Below, in pieces: positions 8,391 through 17,821 of a stretch of DNA of 32,000 bases. Under the pieces are notes generated by a model, which saw nothing but the letters and a program-made list of their open reading frames with translations, was not told where the DNA came from and ran no database searches. The DNA lies in contig NC_000909.1 in NCBI RefSeq assembly GCF_000091665.1, positions 90,870 through 122,869 of the forward strand, read 5' to 3'. The position numbers were made by a program, and so were the translations under genes. Numbering within the stretch: the stretch's first letter is position 1; each line of letters opens with the position of its first letter. The stretch is from Methanocaldococcus jannaschii DSM 2661. Lineage in GTDB: Archaea > AGJL01 > Methanococci > Methanococcales > Methanocaldococcaceae.

Positions 8391-10365
8391 AAGTGGTGAT
8401 AGCTTGAATTTAGTTGATTTATACGTAAAGAAATTCATGGATTTGATTGAGATTGAGAGAAGATGTGAGATGGATTTTCATAAAAATGAGATTATTAAAT
8501 TAGGCAAAAAGAGAGAGAATGTTGGAAGAGCAATTTTAAATTTAAAAGGGAAATTTTTAGGAGAGAGCTTAGGTTGCACCATTGTAAGATTTGGGAGAAA
8601 AAAGCCATTTAAAACAGAAATATCTCCGGGAGACGTTGTTTTAGTTAGTAAAGAAAACCCATTGCAGAGTGATTTATATGCGAATGTCATATACGTAGGA
8701 AAGAACTTTATAGATGTTGCCTTTGATGTTGATGTCCCAAAATGGGTTTATAAAGAAAGAGTAAGAGTTGATTTATACGTAAATGACATAACATTTAAAA
8801 GAATGAAAGAAGCTTTAAGAGAATTTGCAAGAAAGAGGGATAAATTAGCTTATATAATATTAGGCATTGAACACCCAGAAAAACCTTTAAGAGAGGACAT
8901 CAAATTAGAGTTCTATGATAAAAATTTAAATGAATCACAAAAATTAGCAGTTAAAAAGGCAGTTTTAAGTAGGGATTTGTATTTAATTCACGGCCCTCCA
9001 GGAACTGGAAAGACAAGAACTATAACAGAGGTTATCGTCCAAGAGGTTAAATTTAACAAACATAAGGTTTTAGCTACAGCAGATTCAAACATAGCAGCAG
9101 ATAACATCTTAGAGTACCTAATAAAAAAATATCCAGATTTAAAAGTTGTTAGGGTAGGGCATCCAACAAGGATTTCAAAGGATTTGATTCAACACTCTCT
9201 CCCCTATCTAATTGAAAATCATGAGAAATATCAAGAAATCCTAGCTTTAAGAGAGAAGATTAAAGAAATTAAAGAACAGAGGGATAAATTTTTAAAGCCC
9301 TCCCCAAGATGGAGGAGAGGAATGAGTGATGAGCAGATTTTAAAAGTAGCTAAAAGAAAGAAATCCTACAGAGGGATTCCTAAGGAAAAAATCGTTAGTA
9401 TGGCAGAATGGATTATAAGAAATAAAAAGATTAAAAGAATCATCAATAATTTGGATGAAATTACTGAAAAAATCATGAATGAGATTTTAGCAGAGGCAGA
9501 TGTTATCGTAGCAACAAACTCTATGGCTGGTTCAGAAATTTTGAAAGGCTGGGAGTTTGATGTGATTGTTATTGATGAAGGAAGCCAAGCAATGGAGCCT
9601 TCTTGCTTAATTCCAATTGTTAAAGGAAGAAAGCTAATCATGGCTGGAGACCATAAGCAATTACCACCAACAGTTTTAAGTGAGAATGAAGAGCTAAAAA
9701 AGACTTTATTTGAGAGATTGATTAAAAAATATCCAGAATTTTCATCAATATTGGAGATTCAGTATAGAATGAACGAAAAAATCATGGAATTCCCAAATAA
9801 GATGTTTTATAACAACAAATTAAAGGCAGATGAGAGCGTTAAAAACATCACTTTATTAGATTTAGTTAAAGAGGAGGAGATTGATGAGGTTGATAGAGAT
9901 ATTATAAACGAAATCCCAGTTCAATTTATAAATGTTGAAGGGATTGAAAGGAAAGATAAAGAATCTCCATCTTATTACAACATAGAAGAGGCGGAGAAGG
10001 TTTTAGAGATAGTTAAAAAACTTGTAAAGTATAAGATACCAACAAACGTTATAACTCCTTACGATGCCCAAGTTAGGTATTTGAGGAGGTTGTTTGAAGA
10101 GCATAACATAGACATAGAGGTTAATACAGTAGATGGATTCCAAGGAAGGGAGAATGAGGCTATAGTTATCTCATTCGTTAGAACAAAGAACTTTGGATTT
10201 TTGAAGGATTTGAGGAGGTTGAATGTTGCCATAACAAGAGCTAAGAGAAAGCTAATTTTGATAGGCAATGAAAATCTATTGAAGCAAGATAAAGTCTATA
10301 ATGAAATGATAAAGTGGGCAAAATCTGTTGAAGAAGAACACAAAAATAAAATTATCCAAAAATAA
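8374..10365 (+). CDS. SF1 DNA/RNA helicase, Upf1/Dna2/IGHMBP2-like
   Basis: 663 aa; GPPGTGKTRT Walker A, VIDEGSQAMEP, GDHKQLPPT, VNTVDGFQGRENEA, NVAITRAKRK. The track start is a TTG overlapping the upstream gene; the true start is probably 8404 (TTG) or 8434 (ATG). Confidence 0.92.
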   Translation: MQNWFKSGDSLNLVDLYVKKFMDLIEIERRCEMDFHKNEIIKLGKKRENVGRAILNLKGKFLGESLGCTIVRFGRKKPFKTEISPGDVVLVSKENPLQSDLYANVIYVGKNFIDVAFDVDVPKWVYKERVRVDLYVNDITFKRMKEALREFARKRDKLAYIILGIEHPEKPLREDIKLEFYDKNLNESQKLAVKKAVLSRDLYLIHGPPGTGKTRTITEVIVQEVKFNKHKVLATADSNIAADNILEYLIKKYPDLKVVRVGHPTRISKDLIQHSLPYLIENHEKYQEILALREKIKEIKEQRDKFLKPSPRWRRGMSDEQILKVAKRKKSYRGIPKEKIVSMAEWIIRNKKIKRIINNLDEITEKIMNEILAEADVIVATNSMAGSEILKGWEFDVIVIDEGSQAMEPSCLIPIVKGRKLIMAGDHKQLPPTVLSENEELKKTLFERLIKKYPEFSSILEIQYRMNEKIMEFPNKMFYNNKLKADESVKNITLLDLVKEEEIDEVDRDIINEIPVQFINVEGIERKDKESPSYYNIEEAEKVLEIVKKLVKYKIPTNVITPYDAQVRYLRRLFEEHNIDIEVNTVDGFQGRENEAIVISFVRTKNFGFLKDLRRLNVAITRAKRKLILIGNENLLKQDKVYNEMIKWAKSVEEEHKNKIIQK

Positions 10366-10366
10366 A

Positions 10367-10711
10367 TTAATACATTCTAAATGTTATCTCTACATGGATG
10401 GATTCATATTTAACACATTTAGCAAATCCCAACATTTCCAATTGAACCCTTCCAGCTATAATTTCCTTCTCTTCAAAGCCGTTTATCATTTGAGGGACTA
10501 AAGAGACATTTATAACCCTTCCTAAAATTCCTTCAGTTCCATTCCTCAAATCTTCCCTAAGTGTTGATGTTATAAAAACCAAATCTCCTTCTTTTAGGTT
10601 TTTAACTGTCTCTAAGTTTAATGCATTGATTATAGTGAATGTCTTTATATGATTTTCAATAAAATCATTAATTGCATTTTCATTAATTCCAAATAATCCA
10701 TAAACCTTCAT
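10367..10711 (-). CDS. DUF473-family conserved protein
   Basis: Methionine MKVYGLFGINENAI is a better start than the track start at 10825, whose first 38 aa read through the hairpin element. Confidence 0.65.
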   Translation of the reverse strand: MKVYGLFGINENAINDFIENHIKTFTIINALNLETVKNLKEGDLVFITSTLREDLRNGTEGILGRVINVSLVPQMINGFEEKEIIAGRVQLEMLGFAKCVKYESIHVEITFRMY

Positions 10712-10772
10712 AATACCACCAAAATACCAATTCGAAAGTTTTAGCATATTCAAACAATATAAAATCTTCAGA

Positions 10773-10964
10773 TTGGACATTAATTGGGACTGAAAGTCCC
10801 AACTTAATGGACGTGTGGTATCCACACCATAAAGGGGCTACGCCCCTCTTGGGATACTCCCCTAATATTGCTAATTTACACCTCCGAGCATAAGCGAGGA
10901 GGTGTTAGGTTTTGATGAACCTTTTACTAAAAGGTTCATACCAATAGGAGGTTTCCTCCTATGG
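10773..10964. repeat. Mosaic hairpin element D downstream of the PAC2 gene
   Basis: Six or so successive hairpins: TGGGACtgaaAGTCCCA, GTGTGGtatCCACAC, AGGGGCtacGCCCCT, CACCTCC...GGAGGTG, ATGAACCTTTTactAAAAGGTTCAT, ATAGGAGGtttCCTCCTAT. Confidence 0.8.
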
Positions 10965-10967
10965 TAG

Positions 10968-11684
10968 TTAAATGTACATTGGATATTCCTTTCTACTCTT
11001 TGACATCATCTTTAAATGTTGCTCTGCCAGTTCTTTAAGTTTGTTTTCAATAGCTTCAGCCTCTTTGATGAGATTTTCAATATTTACATTTAGATTGAAC
11101 ATTTTATTCAAAACCTCTAATAGATTAGCCCCCCCTCTTGGGTCTGGTCTAATTCCAACAGTTTCAGCCAACAAACCAATAGCATCAAACCCATTGTCAT
11201 GGCATTTTATTAATAAATTTCCCCCCATTCCTCCCACAACTCCAAAATCAAATATTTCAACATAATTTTTTAAATCTTCTATCAACTCTTCTTTATTTGC
11301 TATTCCAAATACTTTTTCTGATTTTCCTGCCATTATTCCTCCAAGAGAAACAAATAGTTTTGGATTTTTGTTTGAAAATGTTTTAACTATAAACTCCGCC
11401 AATCCATTAATCTTAAATGGAGAGATTATTATATCTGAAAATAAAATAATAAAATCTTTGTTTGCATACGCTCTCACTGGAGGGTAGGGAATGCCTTTCT
11501 CAATAGTTGTGAGTGGAAGGATTCCATCAACTTCAAAGTATCCAAAATATTTTAGGTTTAGGTCTTTTATTATTTGAAAACCTGCTATGCTTCCAACTAA
11601 TCCAGTTCCAGGAAATGCTTCAATAACTATGGGATTTTCAAACTCTATTTTTGCTTTTTCTACGAACTTCATACTATCCACCAA
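10968..11684 (-). CDS. PAC2 family protein (proteasome assembly chaperone-like)
   Basis: 238 aa; IVIEAFPGTGLVGSIAGFQII...LVSLGGIMAGK...GMGGNLLIKCHDNGFDAIGLLAET. Confidence 0.85.
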   Translation of the reverse strand: MVDSMKFVEKAKIEFENPIVIEAFPGTGLVGSIAGFQIIKDLNLKYFGYFEVDGILPLTTIEKGIPYPPVRAYANKDFIILFSDIIISPFKINGLAEFIVKTFSNKNPKLFVSLGGIMAGKSEKVFGIANKEELIEDLKNYVEIFDFGVVGGMGGNLLIKCHDNGFDAIGLLAETVGIRPDPRGGANLLEVLNKMFNLNVNIENLIKEAEAIENKLKELAEQHLKMMSKSRKEYPMYI

Positions 11685-11863
11685 ATTTAGCTAAGTATAA
11701 ATTATGTTTTAATTTAATTACATTTATAGTTTTCATTTTAAGACTTTCGCAGTATTATATATTAAAAGGCATTTAGATGCCCTTAAGCATAAATTTTCTT
11801 TAAAAAATTTATTTCTACGAAAGTCCTAAATCTTATATTGACTATGAAAGTTTGAGGGAGATT

Positions 11864-13429
11864 ATGAAAATTCTAATAATCACTGGAAAATTAGCTGAAA
11901 GGAAAGTTAAAGATGCTGTGAAAAAATATGATTTTATAGATGTGCATGTAGCAAATATCTCTGTAGCTGCTTTTTTAACACCTAATTTAATAATTAAAGA
12001 AATTAAAAAATTAGAAAACAAATTAGGAAAAAAATTAAAAGATATTTATGATTTTGTTTTAGTAACTGGGTTGATAAGACATGATTTAAAGAATGTTGAG
12101 GAAGAAACCGGAATAAAATGCTTTAAATCTACAAGAGAAGCTTCTGATATTCCAATATTGATTGAAAATCTGGATAAGATAAAACTATCAACTAAAGAGT
12201 ATGCCGATTTGCAGTTATTAGAAATTATTAGAAAGAAATGTGAGGAGGAGATTAAGAAAGCAGAGGAGCAGGAATTAGGAGAAGGAGATATAAAGATAGG
12301 CAAATTAAAAGTTGGAGATAAATTCCCAATGAGAGTTTTGGGAGAGATAGTCCATGCCCCATGGCTAAAAGAGAAAGAGTTGGAGGAGAAAATAATATAT
12401 TACTTAGAAAGTGGGGCTGATATGATTGATTTGGGAATGGTTAGCAATGAAAATAATGCAGATAAAATTAAAGATATGCTAAAGATAGCGAGAGATTTAA
12501 CTGACAATCCAATTAGTGTAGATACATTAAACACAAAAGAATTAATTGAGGCAATAAATTTAGGGGCAGATATGATTTTGAGTGTTGATGCTGGGAATTT
12601 AGATGAGCTAATTCCATATTTAAAAGATTCAGAAACGGCAGTTGTTGTTCTGCCAACAAATTATAAAACAAACTATGTCCCAGAGACTATTGAAGGCAAA
12701 ATTAAATCCTTAGAGGAGAATATAAAAAAGCTAATAGATGCTGGAATTGAAAAAATAGTTGCTGACCCAATATTAGAGCCAATAAACAATGCCGGATGCA
12801 GTTTTATAGAGAGCGTTATTGCATGTAGAGAATTTAAAAAAAGAAATAAATTGCCACTATTTTTTGGTGTTGGAAATGTTACAGAGCTTTTTGATGCTGA
12901 TAGTAATGGAGTCAATGCTTTGTTAGCAGCTATTGGGGCTGAGATTGGAGCTAATATATTATTTACACCAGAGGCAAGTGCTAAGTGTAAATTTTCAATA
13001 AAAGAGTTAAAGATTGCCTCAAAGATGATGTTTTTGGCTAAAAAAAGGAACTCTCTGCCAAAGGATATTGGCTACAATTTGATAAATTATAAGGATAAAA
13101 GATTTGAGGAGGAAATAACCTTCAATAGTTACAATATCCCAATAATTAAAGCTGAAGAAGATGAGAGGCAGATATTGGATGAAGGAAGTTTTAAAATAGA
13201 AATTGATAGGAAGAACAAAGAGATAGTAGCAATATACTTTAATAAAAGAAGAGAACCAGTTTTAATAATTAGAGGAAAGAAACCAAAAGAAATTTATGAA
13301 ACCGCGATAAGATTAAATTTAATAAAAAAGTTAGACCATGCATCTTATTTTGGTAGAGAGTTAGCTAAGGCAGAGATTGCTTTAAGGATAGGTAAAAAAT
13401 ACAATCAGGACTTTGATTTGTTCCTATAA
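11864..13429 (+). CDS. Dihydropteroate synthase-like protein (DUF6513/DHPS-like family)
   Basis: ~521 aa from MKILIITGKLAERKVKDAV; TIM-barrel pterin-binding-like segments (GADMIDLGMVSNE, ADMILSVDAGN). No assertion of DHPS activity. Confidence 0.75.
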   Translation: MKILIITGKLAERKVKDAVKKYDFIDVHVANISVAAFLTPNLIIKEIKKLENKLGKKLKDIYDFVLVTGLIRHDLKNVEEETGIKCFKSTREASDIPILIENLDKIKLSTKEYADLQLLEIIRKKCEEEIKKAEEQELGEGDIKIGKLKVGDKFPMRVLGEIVHAPWLKEKELEEKIIYYLESGADMIDLGMVSNENNADKIKDMLKIARDLTDNPISVDTLNTKELIEAINLGADMILSVDAGNLDELIPYLKDSETAVVVLPTNYKTNYVPETIEGKIKSLEENIKKLIDAGIEKIVADPILEPINNAGCSFIESVIACREFKKRNKLPLFFGVGNVTELFDADSNGVNALLAAIGAEIGANILFTPEASAKCKFSIKELKIASKMMFLAKKRNSLPKDIGYNLINYKDKRFEEEITFNSYNIPIIKAEEDERQILDEGSFKIEIDRKNKEIVAIYFNKRREPVLIIRGKKPKEIYETAIRLNLIKKLDHASYFGRELAKAEIALRIGKKYNQDFDLFL

Positions 13430-13447
13430 TGAATTTTGGTGGGAATG

Positions 13448-14779
13448 ATGAGAAAAACTAAAATTTTAGTCACTTTAGGACCATCCTTAGAAAATAAATT
13501 AGATAAAGCAATAAATTTGATAGATGGAGTTAGATTTAACATGTCTCATGCCACAACAGATTATTGTGAAAAGTTTTTGAATATATTGGAAAAAAATAAT
13601 ATCGCCAAAGTTATGGATTTGAAGGGAATAAAAATTAGAATTAAAGAAGTTAAATTAAAAAATAAAATATTAAAAATGGGGGAGAAGGTTGTTATTGGAG
13701 AGGATATAAAGCTCAACTACAATATAGACACAATTGAAGAAGGGCATTTTATTTTAATAAACGATGGGAAAATTAAGCTAAGAGTTGTAGAAAAAACTGA
13801 TAAAATTATCGCAGTTGTAGAAGTTGGGGGAGAGATTAAAGAAGGTATGGGAGTTAATCTTCCAGATACAAGGATAGAACTCCCAATAATTGATGAAACT
13901 GATTTGAAGAATATAAAATTCGCTGTAGAAAAGGACTTTGAATATATTGCTTTATCATTTGTTAGGAATAAGGAAGATGTTAAGGAATTAAAAGATATTA
14001 TATCAGAATACAAAGGAGATTGTGAGGTAATATCAAAAATAGAAACTAAGGAGGGATTAAAGAATATAAAAGAGATAGCAAGAGAAAGTGATGGAGTGAT
14101 GGTAGCAAGGGGAGATTTGGGTGTAGAGGTTCCAATAGAAAATATTCCAATTGAACAAAAGAATATATTGAGAATAGCTAATAGATATGGAATTTTGTCA
14201 ATAACAGCCACACAAATATTGGATTCTATGATAAACAATCCATTTCCAACAAGAGCTGAGGTTACAGACATAGCTAATGCCATATACGATGGAACTGACT
14301 GCTTAATGCTCTCCAACGAAACAACTATTGGAAAATACCCAATAGAGGCGATAAAGGTATTAAATAAGGTTGCCAAAGTGGCAGATGAACATTATGAGGA
14401 GTTTGGTGATAGAGTTTGTTTAGAGGTTGAGAGCATTGATGAAGGTTTAGTATATGCTGTTTATGAGCTATATAAGAAGCTAAATACTAAGTTAGTTATA
14501 ACTCCAACATATTCTGGAAGAACTGCTAAGTTAATATCTAAATTAAGGATAAATAGTAAAATAATAGCTCCAACGCCAAATATAAGAACTTTAAAAAGGT
14601 TGAGATTGGTTTGGGGAGTTGAAAGCTGTTTGATGGAAGAATTTGATGATATGGAGAAAATAATCAACACCTGTAGAGAAATGGCTAAAAAAGAAATTGG
14701 AAAGGGGATTTACTTAATCACATTAGGTCATCCAATAGGTCAAAAGAAAACTAACACTATAAAAGTTGAAAGTATCTAA
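13448..14779 (+). CDS. pyk: Pyruvate kinase
   Basis: TKILVTLGPS, DGVMVARGDLGVEVP, ITATQILDSMINNPFPTRAEVTDIANAIYDGTDCLMLSNET. Start moved to ATG 13448. Confidence 0.96.
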   Translation: MRKTKILVTLGPSLENKLDKAINLIDGVRFNMSHATTDYCEKFLNILEKNNIAKVMDLKGIKIRIKEVKLKNKILKMGEKVVIGEDIKLNYNIDTIEEGHFILINDGKIKLRVVEKTDKIIAVVEVGGEIKEGMGVNLPDTRIELPIIDETDLKNIKFAVEKDFEYIALSFVRNKEDVKELKDIISEYKGDCEVISKIETKEGLKNIKEIARESDGVMVARGDLGVEVPIENIPIEQKNILRIANRYGILSITATQILDSMINNPFPTRAEVTDIANAIYDGTDCLMLSNETTIGKYPIEAIKVLNKVAKVADEHYEEFGDRVCLEVESIDEGLVYAVYELYKKLNTKLVITPTYSGRTAKLISKLRINSKIIAPTPNIRTLKRLRLVWGVESCLMEEFDDMEKIINTCREMAKKEIGKGIYLITLGHPIGQKKTNTIKVESI

Positions 14780-14791
14780 AAATATTTAAGG

Positions 14792-15550
14792 TTATAAGAG
14801 GTCTAAAATTATATCTAACATTTCTTTGCTATTTGCTACAATAATATTCAATCTATCTGTTGCATTTAGGTCAAATTTCAGTTCATCTCCATTTTCATCT
14901 GTTATTAAGGCTCCTGCTTCTTTGCAGATTATATATGATGAGGCAATATCAACAGCTCTAACCTTAGGTCTTACATCAAAAACAGCATCTAAAGTCCCTT
15001 TAGCTACATAACACATTTCTAAACCAAAAGCTCCAAATATTCTCACTCTTTTAACTTTGTTCCTTAATTTTTCTAAATCTATTTTTTTGCTTGGATAGTA
15101 GCTTATAACTATATTATTTGGATTGAAGTCTTTAACTTTAATCTTTCTTCCGTTTAAATAAGCTCCTTTTCCTTTATATGCCTCATAAAAACTTTTAGTT
15201 AAAAATTCGTAGGTTAAGCCATAATATGGCTCATTATTTTTAAATACTCCAAAGCAGAATGCAAAAAATGGAATTCCATTTATAAAATTAAAAGAACCAT
15301 CTATTGGGTCAATAACTACAGTCCATTCGCTACTGTTATCTATAACACCCAACTCTTCACTCACGATATTAACATTCAGCGATTTTAAATATTTTAAGGC
15401 AATATCTTCACTAATTTTGTCAAAAATTTCTGTTTCATCTCCGCTTGGAGAAGTTCCAACAACGTAAGATTTATCTTTTCTTCCAAAATATGGTAAAATT
15501 TCTTTTTCAATCTCTTTTGCAATATTTTTCCCAATTTCATCCCATTTCAT
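14792..15550 (-). CDS. suhB: Inositol-1-monophosphatase / fructose-1,6-bisphosphatase family
   Basis: 252 aa; VVIDPIDGSFNFINGIPFFAF, VRAVDIASSYIICKEAGALITDENG. Confidence 0.93.
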   Translation of the reverse strand: MKWDEIGKNIAKEIEKEILPYFGRKDKSYVVGTSPSGDETEIFDKISEDIALKYLKSLNVNIVSEELGVIDNSSEWTVVIDPIDGSFNFINGIPFFAFCFGVFKNNEPYYGLTYEFLTKSFYEAYKGKGAYLNGRKIKVKDFNPNNIVISYYPSKKIDLEKLRNKVKRVRIFGAFGLEMCYVAKGTLDAVFDVRPKVRAVDIASSYIICKEAGALITDENGDELKFDLNATDRLNIIVANSKEMLDIILDLL

Positions 15551-15660
15551 TTTCTCATCCTATGCTTTATTTTTAAATTTAAATATACAAAATAAGATAA
15601 TAGTCAATATCTAAGATTTCTTCATCTCTTCCTTTATTTTAAGATAGGTTATCGGTATCG

Positions 15661-15741
15661 CAAGCATATAGAGGAACCTCTATTACTATACTCCGAGTGG
15701 GCTTTACTATGTTCAGCCCCACTTTCTATATTTAGCTTTCA
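15661..15741. repeat. Hairpin element E downstream of the SemiSWEET-like gene
   Basis: ATAGAGGaaCCTCTAT and AGTGG...CCACT hairpins between two copies of the gene 3' end (15611-15660 and 15742-15790). Confidence 0.75.
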
Positions 15742-16011
15742 TTAAGATTTTCTCATCTCATCTCTTATTTTCAAATAAGTTATCGGTATCCAAAACATTA
15801 AAGACAAAATGTTAAATACTATTATTGGGTAATCATTTCTTAATATTCCATATATTAACCAGAGTGTCAGTCCAGTTGTGAATGTTATAACAAAAGCTAA
15901 TGAGATGTTGCTCATATCTTTCTCCTTCAAAGACTTTATTAATTGGGGGAGAGATGCAAAGGTTGTTAAAGTTCCAGCAATATAGCCGATAACAGTTATA
16001 TCAAAGTCCAT
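15742..16011 (-). CDS. SemiSWEET-like PQ-loop/MtN3 small membrane protein
   Basis: ~89 aa; IGYIAGTLTTFASLPQLIKSLKEKDMSNISLAFVITFTTGLTLWLIYGIL; three predicted TM segments. Confidence 0.8.
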   Translation of the reverse strand: MDFDITVIGYIAGTLTTFASLPQLIKSLKEKDMSNISLAFVITFTTGLTLWLIYGILRNDYPIIVFNILSLMFWIPITYLKIRDEMRKS

Positions 16012-16088
16012 ATTAATCACCACAAATGTTATAAATTTTAAAAGAGTTTGTTAAAATTTACCAACTTATATAGGTATAGGTGGGATAA

Positions 16089-17279
16089 ATGGATATATCA
16101 AAACTACTGAAAGATAGAAAAATACTGATTTTAATTATATTTGTTACTCTATCTGTATTCTTAATCGTATTTAAAGGACTTGATTTTGGGATTGATTTAA
16201 GTGGAGGAACGATTATTGTTTTAAAAGCAGAGAAACCAATGAGTGACAAAGAAATAGAGGCAACAATTAAAATTATTACAGAAAGATTGAATTATAATGG
16301 ATTAAACGATGTAGTAATATATCCAAGAGGAAATGATGAAATTATTGTAGAAATTCCAAAAAGTTGTGATACTGATAGGATAATTAAAATATTGAAACAA
16401 CAAGGGGTTTTTGTAGCAAAGATTGACAATATAACTGCATATACTGGAAGTGATGTGCAGAATGTTGAACTTCCAACAAAGATTCCACAAGGGGAAACTT
16501 GGGCTTATGGAGTTCCTTTTGAATTAACATTAGAAGGAGCTAAAAAGTTTGCCGAAGTTGCTAAAGGTAAGGCATATCATAAAGTTGAGTTGTATATGGA
16601 TGGAAAGTTAATCTCAGCTCCTGTCTTATCTCCAGACTTAGCTGATGGAAAACCTCATCCACAGCAGGTTATTACTGTTGGAGCATACCCTCCAACTAAA
16701 GAAGAGATTGACGAAGCAATGGCTATTTATTCAGCTCTAAAATCTGGAGCTTTGCCAGTAAAATTGGATATTGAATATATATCTACAATATCTCCAGAAT
16801 TTGGTAAAGAATTTTTAAAAGGAACAGCTATTGCTTTATTATTGGCGTTTATAGCTGTTGGGATAATAGTCAGTATTAGATACAAACAGCCAAAGATAGC
16901 AATCCCAATTTTAATAACCTGTATATCAGAAGTTATTATTATATTGGGCTTTGCTTCTTTAATAGATTGGAAGTTAGATTTACCTTCAATAGCAGGGATT
17001 ATTGCTGCTGTAGGAACTGGAGTTGATAACCAAATTGTCATAACTGATGAGGCATTAAAGAGAGGAGCTGGTAAGATAAGGGCAAGCATTAAAAGGGCTT
17101 TCTTTATAATATTTGCCTCTGCGGCAACATCCATCGCAGCTATGCTTCCTCTATTTGTTCTTGGGGTGGGAATGTTAAAAGGATTTGCAATAACTACAAT
17201 AGCAGGGGTTTTAATAGGGATATTTATAACAAGACCCGCATTTGCAAGAATTATAGAAGAGATGTTTAAAAAGTTTTAA
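16089..17279 (+). CDS. secD: Protein-export membrane protein SecD
   Basis: 396 aa; GIDLSGGTI, ITERLNYNGLNDVVIYPRGNDEIIVEIP, DGKLISAPVL, AVGTGVDNQIVITDEALKRG. Confidence 0.92.
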   Translation: MDISKLLKDRKILILIIFVTLSVFLIVFKGLDFGIDLSGGTIIVLKAEKPMSDKEIEATIKIITERLNYNGLNDVVIYPRGNDEIIVEIPKSCDTDRIIKILKQQGVFVAKIDNITAYTGSDVQNVELPTKIPQGETWAYGVPFELTLEGAKKFAEVAKGKAYHKVELYMDGKLISAPVLSPDLADGKPHPQQVITVGAYPPTKEEIDEAMAIYSALKSGALPVKLDIEYISTISPEFGKEFLKGTAIALLLAFIAVGIIVSIRYKQPKIAIPILITCISEVIIILGFASLIDWKLDLPSIAGIIAAVGTGVDNQIVITDEALKRGAGKIRASIKRAFFIIFASAATSIAAMLPLFVLGVGMLKGFAITTIAGVLIGIFITRPAFARIIEEMFKKF

Positions 17280-17384
17280 AAATCCAAACTATTAAATTTA
17301 TTTCTATTTTTTTAGAAACTAAAAGAGTTAAAAATTTAGTTCCTATTTTTCAAATTTATTGAATTAGACTAAATAAAAAATTAT

Positions 17385-17483
17385 TTTTATTCCATATTGG
17401 TCTGATTTTAATGAAATGTTTATTCTTGGAGAGCCACACATTATTTGTGATGAGTTTCCATTCCGAATCGGTCTGATTTTAAT
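17385..17483 (-). CRISPR. CRISPR remnant: one intact and one degenerate repeat around one spacer
   Basis: Degenerate repeat 17385-17412 (ttttattccatattggtctgattttaat); intact repeat 17455-17483 (tttccattccgaatcggtctgattttaat); ~42 bp spacer between. Confidence 0.8.
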
Positions 17484-17486
17484 TCT

Positions 17487-17675
17487 TTTAATATTTAAAA
17501 TTTTCTCCCTTTAATAAAACAGAGCATTCTTATCTCCTTAAATTCAAAAATTTAACTTATTAGTTAGAGAAATCTTATTTAGATAATTATTTAATTTTTA
17601 TTTTTAAAAATCTGAATAATTCAATAAACTCAAATATTCTAAATAATCAAACCAGCAAACCCTTAGAAATTAAAT
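17487..17675 (-). promoter_or_regulatory. CRISPR leader-like sequence, copy 2
   Basis: tatttaaaattttctccctttaataaaacagagc...aaaccagcaaacccttagaaattaaat, matching 1768-1955 and lying directly next to the repeat. Confidence 0.8.
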
Positions 17676-17821
17676 TTAAAACCTCTAAATAAATAATTCC
17701 TAAATACTCTTATTTTCAAAATCCAAACATATTCAACAAGACAATCAATAAACCAAACAACAAAATCAGAAATTCCAAACCTACAATTTTTCTTTTTTAT
17801 AAAAATATTTAAATAATGTAT

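Noticed and set aside
10741-10990. Possible duplicated 3' end of the PAC2 gene around element D
   Set aside because: Only short similarity (tacattggatatt versus gattggacatt), and that segment belongs to the repeat module; there is no convincing duplication as seen for the tRNAs and the SemiSWEET-like gene.
17385-17483. cas genes or an effector system linked to the CRISPR loci
   Set aside because: All nearby genes are core metabolism or translation; none resembles a Cas protein.
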